A stretch of DNA of 64,000 nt, from sequence record KY963424; one strand, written 5' to 3'. The notes beneath the pieces were generated by a model. The model saw only the letters and a program-made list of their open reading frames with translations. It was not told the origin of the DNA and ran no database searches. Of the stretch, positions 48,067 through 56,057 are shown piece by piece. The stretch is from Shigella phage SSP1. The position numbers were made by a program, and so were the translations under genes. Positions within the stretch are counted from its first letter, which is position 1. Every line of letters starts with the position of its first letter.

Positions 48067-48095
48067 TTGCTTCCGGCTCCAAAATTCTGTATAAT
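48067..48095 (+). promoter_or_regulatory. T5-type early promoter (TTGCTT-17-TATAAT)
   Basis: GATTTGCTTCCGGCTCCAAAATTCTGTATAAT + CATAAATTTGAGA box. Confidence 0.65.
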
Positions 48096-48135
48096 ATATT
48101 CATAAATTTGAGAAAACAATAAAAGGAAAACAAAT

Positions 48136-48318
48136 ATGCCAGTATCTAAAAATGTTCGTAAAAATGGTAAGAAAGCTACTCGTAATCTGGGTATCCGTCG
48201 TATGGCTGAACGTCAATCAGGTATCCAGAAAATCTTTGATCTGCTAAATCGTGCTAATCCTAAAATTGATAACAGTAACGATACTGTTCTGCGCACTCTG
48301 CTGGCAATTGGTCTGTAA
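48136..48318 (+). CDS. Hypothetical basic protein (60 aa)
   Basis: AAAGGAAAACAAATATG RBS. Confidence 0.45.
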   Translation: MPVSKNVRKNGKKATRNLGIRRMAERQSGIQKIFDLLNRANPKIDNSNDTVLRTLLAIGL

Positions 48319-48371
48319 TAGACCAACTTTAAACAAATTCAAATCTCAAACTTCATATAAGGAAACAAATA

Positions 48372-49010
48372 ATGACTACTCGTATTTCTAAAACTCGCGC
48401 TCTGGCAACTATTAAATCTCTGGAAGCTAAAATCCGTAAAGCTACTGAACAGCAGCTTCTGATCGCTGTTGGTGAAGGTAAGGATAAAAACCAGGTTGTA
48501 GTTGGCGCTGCAATCGAAGTAGCTGATCTGTCTACTCGTATTAAGGCAGATTTCCAATCTCTCCTGGATATGATGTCCCAGCGTGATCGTATCAAAGCCG
48601 CTCTGATTAAGAGCAATGCGGAAACAGTAGTTGAGATTGGTTCTCGTAAGATGACTGTTGCGGAAGCAATTGAAGCTAAGCGTTCTATGGAACTTAAAGC
48701 CCAACTGCTGGCTAATATGCGTAAGCAGTTCCATGCCGCTACGGTTAAGTTTAATACGCAGAAAGCACAGTTTGATGCTAAATATGAGCGTTTGCAGGAT
48801 AGCATGGCTACCCGCGATAAGAAAACTTCCGAAGATGAAGTTAAAATGCAGCTCAACCTGCTGGAACTCAAGAATACTCCATTCTTGATTGATCCGCTGG
48901 AACTGGAAAAGCTGATTAAGCAGCATGATGAGGAATATCAGGACTTTGCAACAAATGTTGACTTTGTTCTGTCCGAGTCTAACGCCTCTACCTTCATTGA
49001 AGTAGAGTAA
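48372..49010 (+). CDS. Hypothetical coiled-coil protein (212 aa)
   Basis: AAGGAAACAAATAATG RBS; heptad-like charged pattern. Confidence 0.55.
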   Translation: MTTRISKTRALATIKSLEAKIRKATEQQLLIAVGEGKDKNQVVVGAAIEVADLSTRIKADFQSLLDMMSQRDRIKAALIKSNAETVVEIGSRKMTVAEAIEAKRSMELKAQLLANMRKQFHAATVKFNTQKAQFDAKYERLQDSMATRDKKTSEDEVKMQLNLLELKNTPFLIDPLELEKLIKQHDEEYQDFATNVDFVLSESNASTFIEVE

Positions 49011-49393
49011 TAATTTAAAAGCTAGTAAATCGGTAGACGAAAGCCCAAGCATCTTACCTCGCAGCAGCGGTTGAAATACGAGGTTAAATAGGACCGCTGA
49101 CCATACTATAAAGTATAATCTATTGGAGATTATGTTTATTACACCAGCCTTTTAAGCTGACACGTAAGAACAAAGCGTCGTTGATATTACCGACACAACT
49201 TCAAAGATCAACATTTAAGTATGAAAGCTGAAAAGTTTAAAGAACTCAAACTTCTAAACTTCTAAAGCTAAAAGATGCAAAGTATTCGTTGATGATTCAA
49301 ACCCTAGATCAAAGGTACATGGCTCATAAGATATGGCCTGTGGCGCCTCTAGGCTGTTTATCGGTTTACTAGTTTCACAATTTAAAAATGTAT

Positions 49394-49422
49394 TTGCTAA
49401 TCTACTAAATTATATGTATAAT
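49394..49422 (+). promoter_or_regulatory. T5-type early promoter (TTGCTA-17-TATAAT)
   Basis: AAAAATGTATTTGCTAATCTACTAAATTATATGTATAAT. Confidence 0.65.
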
Positions 49423-49452
49423 ATATTTTTAAATTGATGAAACGAGGCTATT

Positions 49453-49770
49453 ATGACTTTTCATATTTTGATTGATGATGTGCGTAATCTTCACGGAATG
49501 GACATTATCATTCGAACCCCAGAAGCCGCTGTAGAGTTTCTGAATAAAACTGATACCACAGGCCATTTCGTTTATATGGATAATGACTTGGCTGTAGATG
49601 GTATGGAAGGTTATCAAATTCTTCGTTTACTCTTAGAATTTGGGCAGAGACCAAAGAAAGTGGTACTAGTAACCTCGAACCCAGTAGCTAAGCAAAATAT
49701 GCGTAATGATTTGCTTGACTTAGGGTATAAAGAAAATCCCAATCGTGTTGAATATGATTGGCAGGAGTAA
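49453..49770 (+). CDS. Small protein with receiver (CheY-like) domain-like pattern
   Basis: HILIDDV...FVYMDNDLAVDGMEGYQILRLL...VVLVTSNP resembles an orphan REC fold (acidic pocket, phospho-Asp position, T/S, hydrophobic beta strands); tentative. Confidence 0.4.
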   Translation: MTFHILIDDVRNLHGMDIIIRTPEAAVEFLNKTDTTGHFVYMDNDLAVDGMEGYQILRLLLEFGQRPKKVVLVTSNPVAKQNMRNDLLDLGYKENPNRVEYDWQE

Positions 49771-49775
49771 AAAGA

Positions 49776-50225
49776 ATGAAGGCAGCTTTGCTTTTAGTAG
49801 CTGCCCTTACCTTCAGCTTTAGTAGTCAGGCATCGCACGATGCAAAAGAAATAGATTGCATTGCTAAAAATATCTATTTCGAGAGTCGTGGTGAGGGCAT
49901 AAAGGGAATGACGGCGATTGCACATGTTACTAAAAACCGTGTAAACTCCGGTAAATTCCCAGATTCCTACTGTAAAGTAGTATATCAGTCTAACCAGTTC
50001 TCTTGGGTATCTAAGAGACCAAAAGTTGATAAAACTGATGAGGCTTGGCAAACCGCTAAGAATTTAGCTAGAGTGATATACTACGTTGATTTACCACAAG
50101 ATCCTACATATGGAGCACTATACTTCCATAGTGGTAAAGATAAACCTTACTGGACAAAGAAGTTTAAGAAAACAACTAAGATTAAGGGGCATACGTTTTA
50201 TAAACCTGTTGTCACTAAAACTTAA
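49776..50225 (+). CDS. Secreted cell-wall hydrolase, SleB-like (Hydrolase_2)
   Basis: N-terminal signal peptide MKAALLLVAALTFSFSSQA; IAKNIYFESRGEG...AIAHVTKNR core similar to SleB/CwlJ-type hydrolases. Confidence 0.55.
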   Translation: MKAALLLVAALTFSFSSQASHDAKEIDCIAKNIYFESRGEGIKGMTAIAHVTKNRVNSGKFPDSYCKVVYQSNQFSWVSKRPKVDKTDEAWQTAKNLARVIYYVDLPQDPTYGALYFHSGKDKPYWTKKFKKTTKIKGHTFYKPVVTKT

Positions 50226-50233
50226 AAATTTAC

Positions 50234-50262
50234 TTGCTTAAATACTTAAATTTCCGTATAAT
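50234..50262 (+). promoter_or_regulatory. T5-type early promoter (TTGCTT-17-TATAAT)
   Basis: AAAAATTTACTTGCTTAAATACTTAAATTTCCGTATAAT. Confidence 0.65.
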
Positions 50263-50293
50263 ACTTCCATAAATTAATGAGAGGAAGCGAAAT

Positions 50294-50464
50294 ATGAAAT
50301 CAGTTGTAATTATTGGTGTTAACACTCGCGGTATTCGTACTACGAAAACTGTTAAAACTTCTAACGTTGCTGAAATCACTACGAACCCTAAAAAGTTTGA
50401 TTTCGCCAAAGTCTCAGCAGTTATGACAGAACAATCTTTTAACCAAGCGTTAGGAATGAAATAA
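50294..50464 (+). CDS. Hypothetical small protein (56 aa)
   Basis: GAGGAAGCGAAATATG RBS; below 60-aa cut-off of ORF track; stop overlaps next start (TAATG). Confidence 0.35.
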   Translation: MKSVVIIGVNTRGIRTTKTVKTSNVAEITTNPKKFDFAKVSAVMTEQSFNQALGMK

Positions 50465-50907
50465 TGGAAGAGAATATTTTAGATGTTTTGCGTAGAGCTT
50501 TGCAGGATTCTAAGTTTAATGGTTCTGATAAAGAAGTCGCTAAAAGCTATCAGACCATAATTGGGGATCTTCAGCGTATTGATAAAGATTTCATCACTTC
50601 TGAACAATTTGTGTCTTATCTCAAAGCTCAACTAAAAAGCATTAACCAGATGAAAGCTAAACTTCATGGTCAAGATCTTGATAGTTATAGCTTGCAGTCT
50701 GCTCAGTATGAATACATTCTAAATAAGTGGTTGCAGGAGTATCTGCCCCCTCAGTTATCTGATACTGAGATTCGTAAATACTTTGCAGAATTAGTTAAGC
50801 TAAACCCTGGAATTACAAAAGGTATGCTGATGAAAGCGATTAAGGAAGAATTTCCTGGGCGTTATGATGGTGGTACTGCTGCTCAGATTGCTGGCGAATT
50901 TAATTAA
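50464..50907 (+). CDS. GatB/YqeY-domain protein
   Basis: 147 aa; LSDTEIRKYFAEL...GMLMKAIK pattern typical of YqeY/GatB C-terminal domain. Confidence 0.55.
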   Translation: MEENILDVLRRALQDSKFNGSDKEVAKSYQTIIGDLQRIDKDFITSEQFVSYLKAQLKSINQMKAKLHGQDLDSYSLQSAQYEYILNKWLQEYLPPQLSDTEIRKYFAELVKLNPGITKGMLMKAIKEEFPGRYDGGTAAQIAGEFN

Positions 50908-50915
50908 AAATTTAT

Positions 50916-50944
50916 TTGCTAAATGCCTTTAAATTCTGTATAAT
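50916..50944 (+). promoter_or_regulatory. T5-type early promoter (TTGCTA-17-TATAAT) preceding ORF-less region
   Basis: AAAAATTTATTTGCTAAATGCCTTTAAATTCTGTATAAT + CATAAATTAGGGAAC. Confidence 0.65.
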
Positions 50945-51182
50945 ATATTCATAAATTAGGGAACAGCGAGCCGATTACGCTGAACTTGTCTTAATGTAAG
51001 ATGCGTCGAGCACTAAGATTCGTTGAATAGAGTCGGTGGGTTAGTTGTAAAACTAGTACACATGGGGCGGCAATCCCGGTTAGTGGCTAGAACGTGTAAA
51101 ATGAGGCGTCTGAAACCTCTCCCCTAAACTCTTCTCTAATTTATAAATAGTGGGGTGTGGAAATCACTTATGTAGTAACACT

Positions 51183-51254
51183 GCCGTCCTAGTATAATTG
51201 GTATTATCAAGCCGTAACTGGTGGAAGATGTAGGTTCGAATCCTACGGTCGGTA
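51183..51254 (+). ncRNA. tRNA-like element (canonical T-arm, 6/7 acceptor pairs, no recognisable anticodon arm)
   Basis: GTAGG-TTCGAAT-CCTAC T-arm; 5' GCCGTCC pairs with 3' GGTCGGT except one U-U; D- and anticodon regions do not fold canonically. Confidence 0.35.
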
Positions 51255-51754
51255 AGAACTGGATAACTGATGCTTTTAACGTAAAAGCTTCCGAGGTTAG
51301 TTGCGCACTGCCTAAACCACGCGGTAGTTGGTTCCAGACTAACCAACCAGTCTGCTGAATAGTTTTATTACGATTTAACTATGTCCAGGCTAAAGAAGAA
51401 CTTTAGAAGGTATTCTAGGATAGTGAAGTTCTTCCTCCATATCGGAGTAGTTTTTCAAGCTATCCACAAAGTGGGAAATGCTGACATGAGAGATGTCACT
51501 AATGGTGCACAATAGCACAGGTAATTCGCGATAATTCCTGTTGAGTAGCAGCAAAAGGCGGGAAGTCATGACCCCAAGCCTAACCGAGTCCTCAATATAC
51601 CGCAGGACATAACCACTAAGTCACCCTGACTTAAACTGGAAAATAATAGACGTTACCGTATTTTGTCTTGAAATACTTAATGAGTGAGACTTATGACTCT
51701 CCCGGTATCGTCTGTATTTTTAAGAGTTTTTACGAGAGTTCTTAAAAATACTTA

Positions 51755-51827
51755 AACGGGGTGTAGTCTAAGGGAGAGGCAGGAGTCTTCTAAATTCCTT
51801 TATGCAGGTTCGAATCCTGTATGAGCA
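51755..51827 (+). ncRNA. tRNA-like 3' element (T-arm GCAGG-TTCGAAT-CCTGT) at end of ORF-less region
   Basis: Canonical T-loop; no complementary 5' acceptor strand found by eye. Confidence 0.3.
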
Positions 51828-52734
51828 AAAATTGATGCGTAATATCAAACGTTGGGGTATTGGTGCTGCAGTTGGTTTGGTAGGTTTAGTTCTGGCCCTT
51901 AACTCCTATACTGTTGTTCAAGACGGTACTGTTAAAACCCAGACTTTCCTGGGTAAAGTTGACCCTAGCCCAGTATTACCCGGCTTTCATATTGTAAATC
52001 CTTTTGCTTCTTTCGATACTTTTAGTACTAAAGATATTGCTCTAAAATTAGATAAACTTCAGGTTCCTAGTCAGGATAAGTTTAAATCCACTGTTGACCT
52101 GACTGTTATGTTGCAGTTTGATGGTTCTAAGGCACCGATTAACCGTATTAATGCAGGTACTCAGGATCAATCGTTAGACAAATATGTAACTGAAAAATTA
52201 CTGTCTACTATTCGTGAGTTTGGTAAATCTGTACCTAAAGCACAAGATTTGTTTGATGCTAAAATTCAGGCTCAATTGCAAACTGCAATTCAACAGGAAG
52301 TTGAAGAGTATGCACGCCCATATGGTTACACAGTTAAGCAGGTGTTCCTTCAGGATATTACTTTGCCACCGGTAATCATGGAACAGGTACAGAATACCAA
52401 AGTTCGTGAAGAGCAGGTTAATGCTGCTAAAGCTGAATTAGCTCGTGTTGAACAGGAAGCACAGCAAAAAGTTAAACAAGCAGAAGCAGATCGTGAAGCC
52501 CGCAACAACCAAGCTATTGCCAATGAACGTGACGCAGATGCTAAACTATACGCAGCTAAGAAAGAAGCTGAAGCTAACGCCGCATTACAACGTACCATTA
52601 CTCCTGAGATGATTCGCTGGAAGCAACTGGAAGTCGAAATGATTCGTGCTCAGAAATATCAAGGTGGTGTACCCCAGACTGTGGTAGGTACTGGCTACGA
52701 TGGTCAAATGATCATGGATATGCGTAATAAATAA
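51802..52734 (+). CDS. SPFH/band-7 domain membrane protein (prohibitin/HflC-like)
   Basis: N-terminal TM helix WGIGAAVGLVGLVLAL, SPFH-like core, C-terminal Ala/Glu/Gln-rich coiled coil; likely start at ATG 51835 (MRNIKRW); no clear SD. Confidence 0.65.
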   Translation: MQVRILYEQKLMRNIKRWGIGAAVGLVGLVLALNSYTVVQDGTVKTQTFLGKVDPSPVLPGFHIVNPFASFDTFSTKDIALKLDKLQVPSQDKFKSTVDLTVMLQFDGSKAPINRINAGTQDQSLDKYVTEKLLSTIREFGKSVPKAQDLFDAKIQAQLQTAIQQEVEEYARPYGYTVKQVFLQDITLPPVIMEQVQNTKVREEQVNAAKAELARVEQEAQQKVKQAEADREARNNQAIANERDADAKLYAAKKEAEANAALQRTITPEMIRWKQLEVEMIRAQKYQGGVPQTVVGTGYDGQMIMDMRNK

Positions 52735-52759
52735 TACCCGCATGTAACATCTGAAGTAA

Positions 52760-52796
52760 GCCCTGCGTTCCCTGGAGAGCGCAGGGTTTTTCTGTA
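52760..52796 (+). terminator. Intrinsic terminator after SPFH gene
   Basis: CCCTGCG...CGCAGGG hairpin followed by TTTTTCTG. Confidence 0.65.
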
Positions 52797-52812
52797 TTTA
52801 AGATAAAAGAAA

Positions 52813-52850
52813 AGCCCCTAAGTCTTTCGACTAGGGGCTTTATTGTTTGG
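52813..52850. terminator. Second hairpin, potentially bidirectional terminator
   Basis: AGCCCCTAG-TCTTTCGA-CTAGGGGCT flanked by A-run upstream and TTATTGTTT downstream. Confidence 0.55.
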
Positions 52851-53058
52851 TTCTTTAGAACCATATACTCTTATTACAGCAACCACCCATACGGGAGGCC
52901 AACCTTGACTGAAAATCTACTCTAGGGGGCAGGATAAGAGTAGGCTTAAAGGCAAACGGATTGAACGCCGGTATTTGCGTAAACATTGCTGGAGAGCAAC
53001 AACGTGCTACAGGCATTGGGCAGCACGAAACAGATTTTCTGCAACACATAATTCCTCC

Positions 53059-53475
53059 TTAGGAGTTATTACCACCATTTTGAGCTTTTGCAACTTGGCT
53101 TTGGCAGAAGCTATTAAACTTACCCATAAGTGATACAAGCTGTTTCCCATCCTCTGTCTTTGCGAAGTCTTCGAAAAGGGCTAGTACTGCCTGTCCTTCC
53201 GCAGAAACCTGCGGTTGTTGGGTTTGTTGCTGAACTTGCTGCTGCGGCACCTGTTGCTGCATTTGTTGAGGCATTTGCGACTGCCCGCTCATTTGCTGCA
53301 TCATTTGCATAGGACTCACACTTCCAGGGTTTTGCTGGAGTTGTTGCTGCATCTGTTGCGCTTCTGCTAAACGCTGTTGCAATTGTTGTAAGTAGGGGTT
53401 ATCCAGACCCGGAACGGGCTGCTGGGAGCCCATATTTTGATTAAGTCCGTTATTTACAAAACCATATTTACTCAT
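53059..53475 (-). CDS. Gln-rich low-complexity protein (138 aa)
   Basis: About 30% Gln (QQLQQRLAEAQQMQQQLQQ...QQMQQQVPQQQVQQQTQQPQ); RBS GGAGGAG upstream; second gene of minus-strand island. Confidence 0.6.
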   Translation of the reverse strand: MSKYGFVNNGLNQNMGSQQPVPGLDNPYLQQLQQRLAEAQQMQQQLQQNPGSVSPMQMMQQMSGQSQMPQQMQQQVPQQQVQQQTQQPQVSAEGQAVLALFEDFAKTEDGKQLVSLMGKFNSFCQSQVAKAQNGGNNS

Positions 53476-53496
53476 AATGGGCTCCTCCCCTTAATA

Positions 53497-54483
53497 TTAA
53501 GCCGGCAGTTTAGCCTGCAGACCAGCCAGAGTCTGAGTGATAGCACCAAGACTTAAAGCGATTTGATTAATTACCTGACCGTTAGCACCGCTACCCGCAG
53601 CGATTGCTTCACGTAGGCGACATGCGTCTAACTCATCCTGGATACGCGCAGTAGTTACACCAGCTATCGCAGTCTGAAGTTCACAGCAACATTCAGCGAT
53701 CTGACGTTCCAAAGAGTTCTGGTTAGCACACATCTGAGCCTGAACAGCGGCAAACTGGTTATTAGTTTGTAAAGTCTGCTGGAAAGCGATCTGTGCAGAA
53801 TCAAACTTATCTTGTGCACGAGCTATCTGATTAGCTGCGAAAGATTGATCAATCTGGCGAGAAAGATCGAACTGACCCTGAATAACGTTGCGAGTTTCCT
53901 GGCAGATTTGATTAGACAGATTAGCACCCGTACCATAGATCGTAGTTAGTACAGACTGAGTATCACGGCTCTGGTTTTGGGATGTCTGGCTAAAACCATT
54001 GTTAACTGCGCTTAAAACAGCTCCAGTACCCTGGTTAGCTTCTGTACGAGTAGTGTTAATAGCTGCTAGAATACTAGCGGTATCTTGGTTCTGAAGTACT
54101 GCATCAACTGCGGTACCTTCACCAACTACACCACGTCCACCGAATCCACCGAAACCACCGAATCCGCCTGTTAATAGAGCACCGATTAGGATAGCTCCGA
54201 ATAGCCCCATACCTTCACCACCGAAAGCACCTGCGTTTGCTGGGTAACCACCCAGTAGGCCAGGGAAGCCACTAGTGAATACGTTTACTGGTTCTTGCAT
54301 TTTATGTTTTCCATATTTATGACAATGTTCATCATCGTCATCTTCTTCATCGTCGTGTTCGCGATGTTTCTCTTCGTAGGCTCTGACCTTCTCCCACTTT
54401 TTCTTATCTGATTCCTCGTGACGGTGCAGTTCTGCTGCAACGCTAGCGACGGTCTCAGGACTCTTAGCTACTTCTTCTGTCAT
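53497..54483 (-). CDS. Membrane protein with acidic/His-rich N-terminus, glycine-zipper TM (GGFGGFGGFGG) and Gln/Asn/Thr-rich C-terminal domain
   Basis: Start MTEEVAK with AGGAGGTG RBS (ORF track extends to 54543); MGLFGAILIGALLTGGFGGFGGFGG hydrophobic Gly-zipper; long Q/N/A/T-rich tail. Confidence 0.6.
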   Translation of the reverse strand: MTEEVAKSPETVASVAAELHRHEESDKKKWEKVRAYEEKHREHDDEEDDDDEHCHKYGKHKMQEPVNVFTSGFPGLLGGYPANAGAFGGEGMGLFGAILIGALLTGGFGGFGGFGGRGVVGEGTAVDAVLQNQDTASILAAINTTRTEANQGTGAVLSAVNNGFSQTSQNQSRDTQSVLTTIYGTGANLSNQICQETRNVIQGQFDLSRQIDQSFAANQIARAQDKFDSAQIAFQQTLQTNNQFAAVQAQMCANQNSLERQIAECCCELQTAIAGVTTARIQDELDACRLREAIAAGSGANGQVINQIALSLGAITQTLAGLQAKLPA

Positions 54484-54545
54484 TTTTTGACACCTCCTAG
54501 TATATAGAAAATGTGTGTCTCTTTGATCACTCATCCATAACATAT

Positions 54546-54574
54546 ACTTTACACTACCCCAGCGAAAATGTCAA
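54546..54574 (-). promoter_or_regulatory. Host-like sigma70 promoter for minus-strand island (TTGACA-17-TAAAGT)
   Basis: Reverse complement CCCTTGACATTTTCGCTGGGGTAGTGTAAAGT; differs from the phage early-promoter family. Confidence 0.5.
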
Positions 54575-54690
54575 GGGGTCTTTAAAAATTGCCCCCGGAT
54601 TTTTAGTGGGGTCACAAATTTTGGTCCTCACCACTTATCTGCTACCCTTAAGTGCCCTATGATTTTCCTCTAAAAAGTTAAAAAATTTGA

Positions 54691-54719
54691 TTGCTTGAAT
54701 GCTAAATTCTCTGTATAAT
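54691..54719 (+). promoter_or_regulatory. T5-type early promoter (TTGCTT-17-TATAAT)
   Basis: AAAAAATTTGATTGCTTGAATGCTAAATTCTCTGTATAAT + CTATAAATTTGAGAGAGG. Confidence 0.65.
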
Positions 54720-54749
54720 ATATCTATAAATTTGAGAGAGGAACCAAAT

Positions 54750-55268
54750 ATGAATGTTGATGAGCTAACACAGCACCTCTTATCTAGAGGATTTGATACA
54801 GATAAATATCATTGCTGGTTAAGTCCGGAAGGGTGGCTAACTGTCCCGTTGTATGACTTCTCTGGGATGTTGAGAGGCTATCAGACGTATAATCCTTCTG
54901 CTCCAAAAGGTCATGGTAAGTGCCCCTTTGAAGCTAAATATTTTACTTATTCTACTACACAGTGTGTATGGGGACTAGAAACTCTCAATGGAGATGAAAA
55001 AGTAGTATTGATTGCTGAATCTGTATTTAAGGCAGTTGCATTACATAACGCTGGTTATCCAGCCCTGGCAATGTTGGGTTCTTCTCCAGGAAAAGCGTTA
55101 TTAAAGCAACTGAAATTATTACCTTTTAAATTGGTAGCTGTCGGGGACAACGATCCTGCTGGTGAAAAATTTGCTAGAAAATTGAACGGCTTTGTTTCTC
55201 CCGTAGATGTGGATGAGATGTCTACCGAAAACTTGAAAAATTTTCTTGCTATGAAGCTAAATTTCTAA
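54750..55268 (+). CDS. Toprim-domain protein (primase-like)
   Basis: VVLIAESVFKAVAL (Toprim Glu) and VAVGDNDPAGEKFARKL (DxD) motifs; start MNVDEL with GAGAGAGG RBS. Confidence 0.5.
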   Translation: MNVDELTQHLLSRGFDTDKYHCWLSPEGWLTVPLYDFSGMLRGYQTYNPSAPKGHGKCPFEAKYFTYSTTQCVWGLETLNGDEKVVLIAESVFKAVALHNAGYPALAMLGSSPGKALLKQLKLLPFKLVAVGDNDPAGEKFARKLNGFVSPVDVDEMSTENLKNFLAMKLNF

Positions 55269-55289
55269 TATAATATATCTTATAAATTC

Positions 55290-55378
55290 GGAAGAATAGC
55301 ATAACGGTATTGCAGCAGATTGCTAATCTGTCGGTTTGAAATATAGCCTTGTGGGTTCGATTCCCACTTCTTCCGCCA
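55290..55378 (+). tRNA. tRNA-Ser(GCT), type II
   Basis: Acceptor GGAAGAA/TTCTTCC, anticodon loop TTGCTAA, long variable arm, T-arm GTGGG-TTCGATT-CCCAC, encoded CCA. Confidence 0.8.
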
Positions 55379-55384
55379 GATTTT

Positions 55385-55462
55385 GGTTCTCAAGCTCATA
55401 TGGTATGAGCACCCGGCTCATAACCGGAAGGTACGTAGGTTCGAATCCTCGGGGAGCCACCA
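55385..55462 (+). tRNA. tRNA with CAT anticodon (Met or Ile2)
   Basis: Acceptor GGTTCTC/GGGAGCC (with G-U pairs), D-stem GCTC/GAGC, anticodon loop CTCATAA, T-loop TTCGAAT with imperfect stem, CCA encoded. Confidence 0.6.
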
Positions 55463-55480
55463 GTTAAATAGAGGTCACAA

Positions 55481-55669
55481 ATGGATCTATATATAGTTTA
55501 TGTTGTGTTTATTCAAGATAGAGAATACCCGGATGAATATAAAAAAGGATATAGGTTAGCCAGAGCTACCTCTGTAGCCCAAGCTATGGATAAAGTGGCA
55601 GATTATATGATTACGGTAGAAAACGTACACTATATCGACTACCTTGAAGCCTCAAAAGTAATTGACTAA
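55481..55669 (+). CDS. Hypothetical protein (62 aa)
   Basis: ORF immediately after tRNA; weak RBS. Confidence 0.4.
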   Translation: MDLYIVYVVFIQDREYPDEYKKGYRLARATSVAQAMDKVADYMITVENVHYIDYLEASKVID

Positions 55670-55678
55670 GGAGACTAT

Positions 55679-55864
55679 ATGTCTAAGTTTCAAGAACTCA
55701 AGCAAGAGCTAGAAGAATGTGCCTGCCCCGAATGTAGGGGAATTGGTGAAAGTTCTGATGCAGAAGCAGGAGATACTTTTTGCAATATCTGGGTTTGCTC
55801 AAATTGCAATGGTACAGGTATTAATCCTAACTGCGGTATTTCCCTAGATATTGAACGAGGATAA
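55679..55864 (+). CDS. Small Cys-rich (zinc-ribbon-like) protein (61 aa)
   Basis: CPECRG...CSNCNGTG two CxxC pairs; AGGAGACTATATG RBS. Confidence 0.45.
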   Translation: MSKFQELKQELEECACPECRGIGESSDAEAGDTFCNIWVCSNCNGTGINPNCGISLDIERG

Positions 55865-55965
55865 TACCTGTGAAACTAAAAGATTATTATATTGGTTGGT
55901 TTGTAGGATTAGTAGTAGGATTTTCACTAGGCTATAATATGTATCAACTAATAAACTGATTACAT

Positions 55966-56042
55966 GGGGGTGTAATCGAATTGGCATAGGTACTGGACTT
56001 AAAATTCAGGTTTTGTGGGTTCGAATCCCACCACCCCTACCA
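55966..56042 (+). tRNA. tRNA with anticodon TAA (Leu-type anticodon) but short variable arm
   Basis: Acceptor GGGGGTG/CACCCCT, anticodon arm CTGGA-CTTAAAA-TTCAG, T-arm GTGGG-TTCGAAT-CCCAC, CCA encoded; D-arm non-canonical. Confidence 0.55.
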
Positions 56043-56057
56043 AATTAAGGAAATAAG

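Noticed and set aside
48339-49052. 237-aa and 172-aa minus-strand ORFs overlapping 48372..49010
   Set aside because: The plus-strand ORF has a strong RBS and sits in a co-directional operon; the antisense frames are Leu/Ser/Cys-rich artefacts
51183-51254. Calling the 51230 T-arm unit a bona fide tRNA gene
   Set aside because: No anticodon stem-loop can be formed and the D region is irregular; kept only as tRNA-like ncRNA with low confidence
52855-53049. Cys-rich 64-aa minus-strand ORF
   Set aside because: Lies in the terminator/3' UTR between convergent units, no RBS; Cys richness comes from GC-rich hairpin sequence
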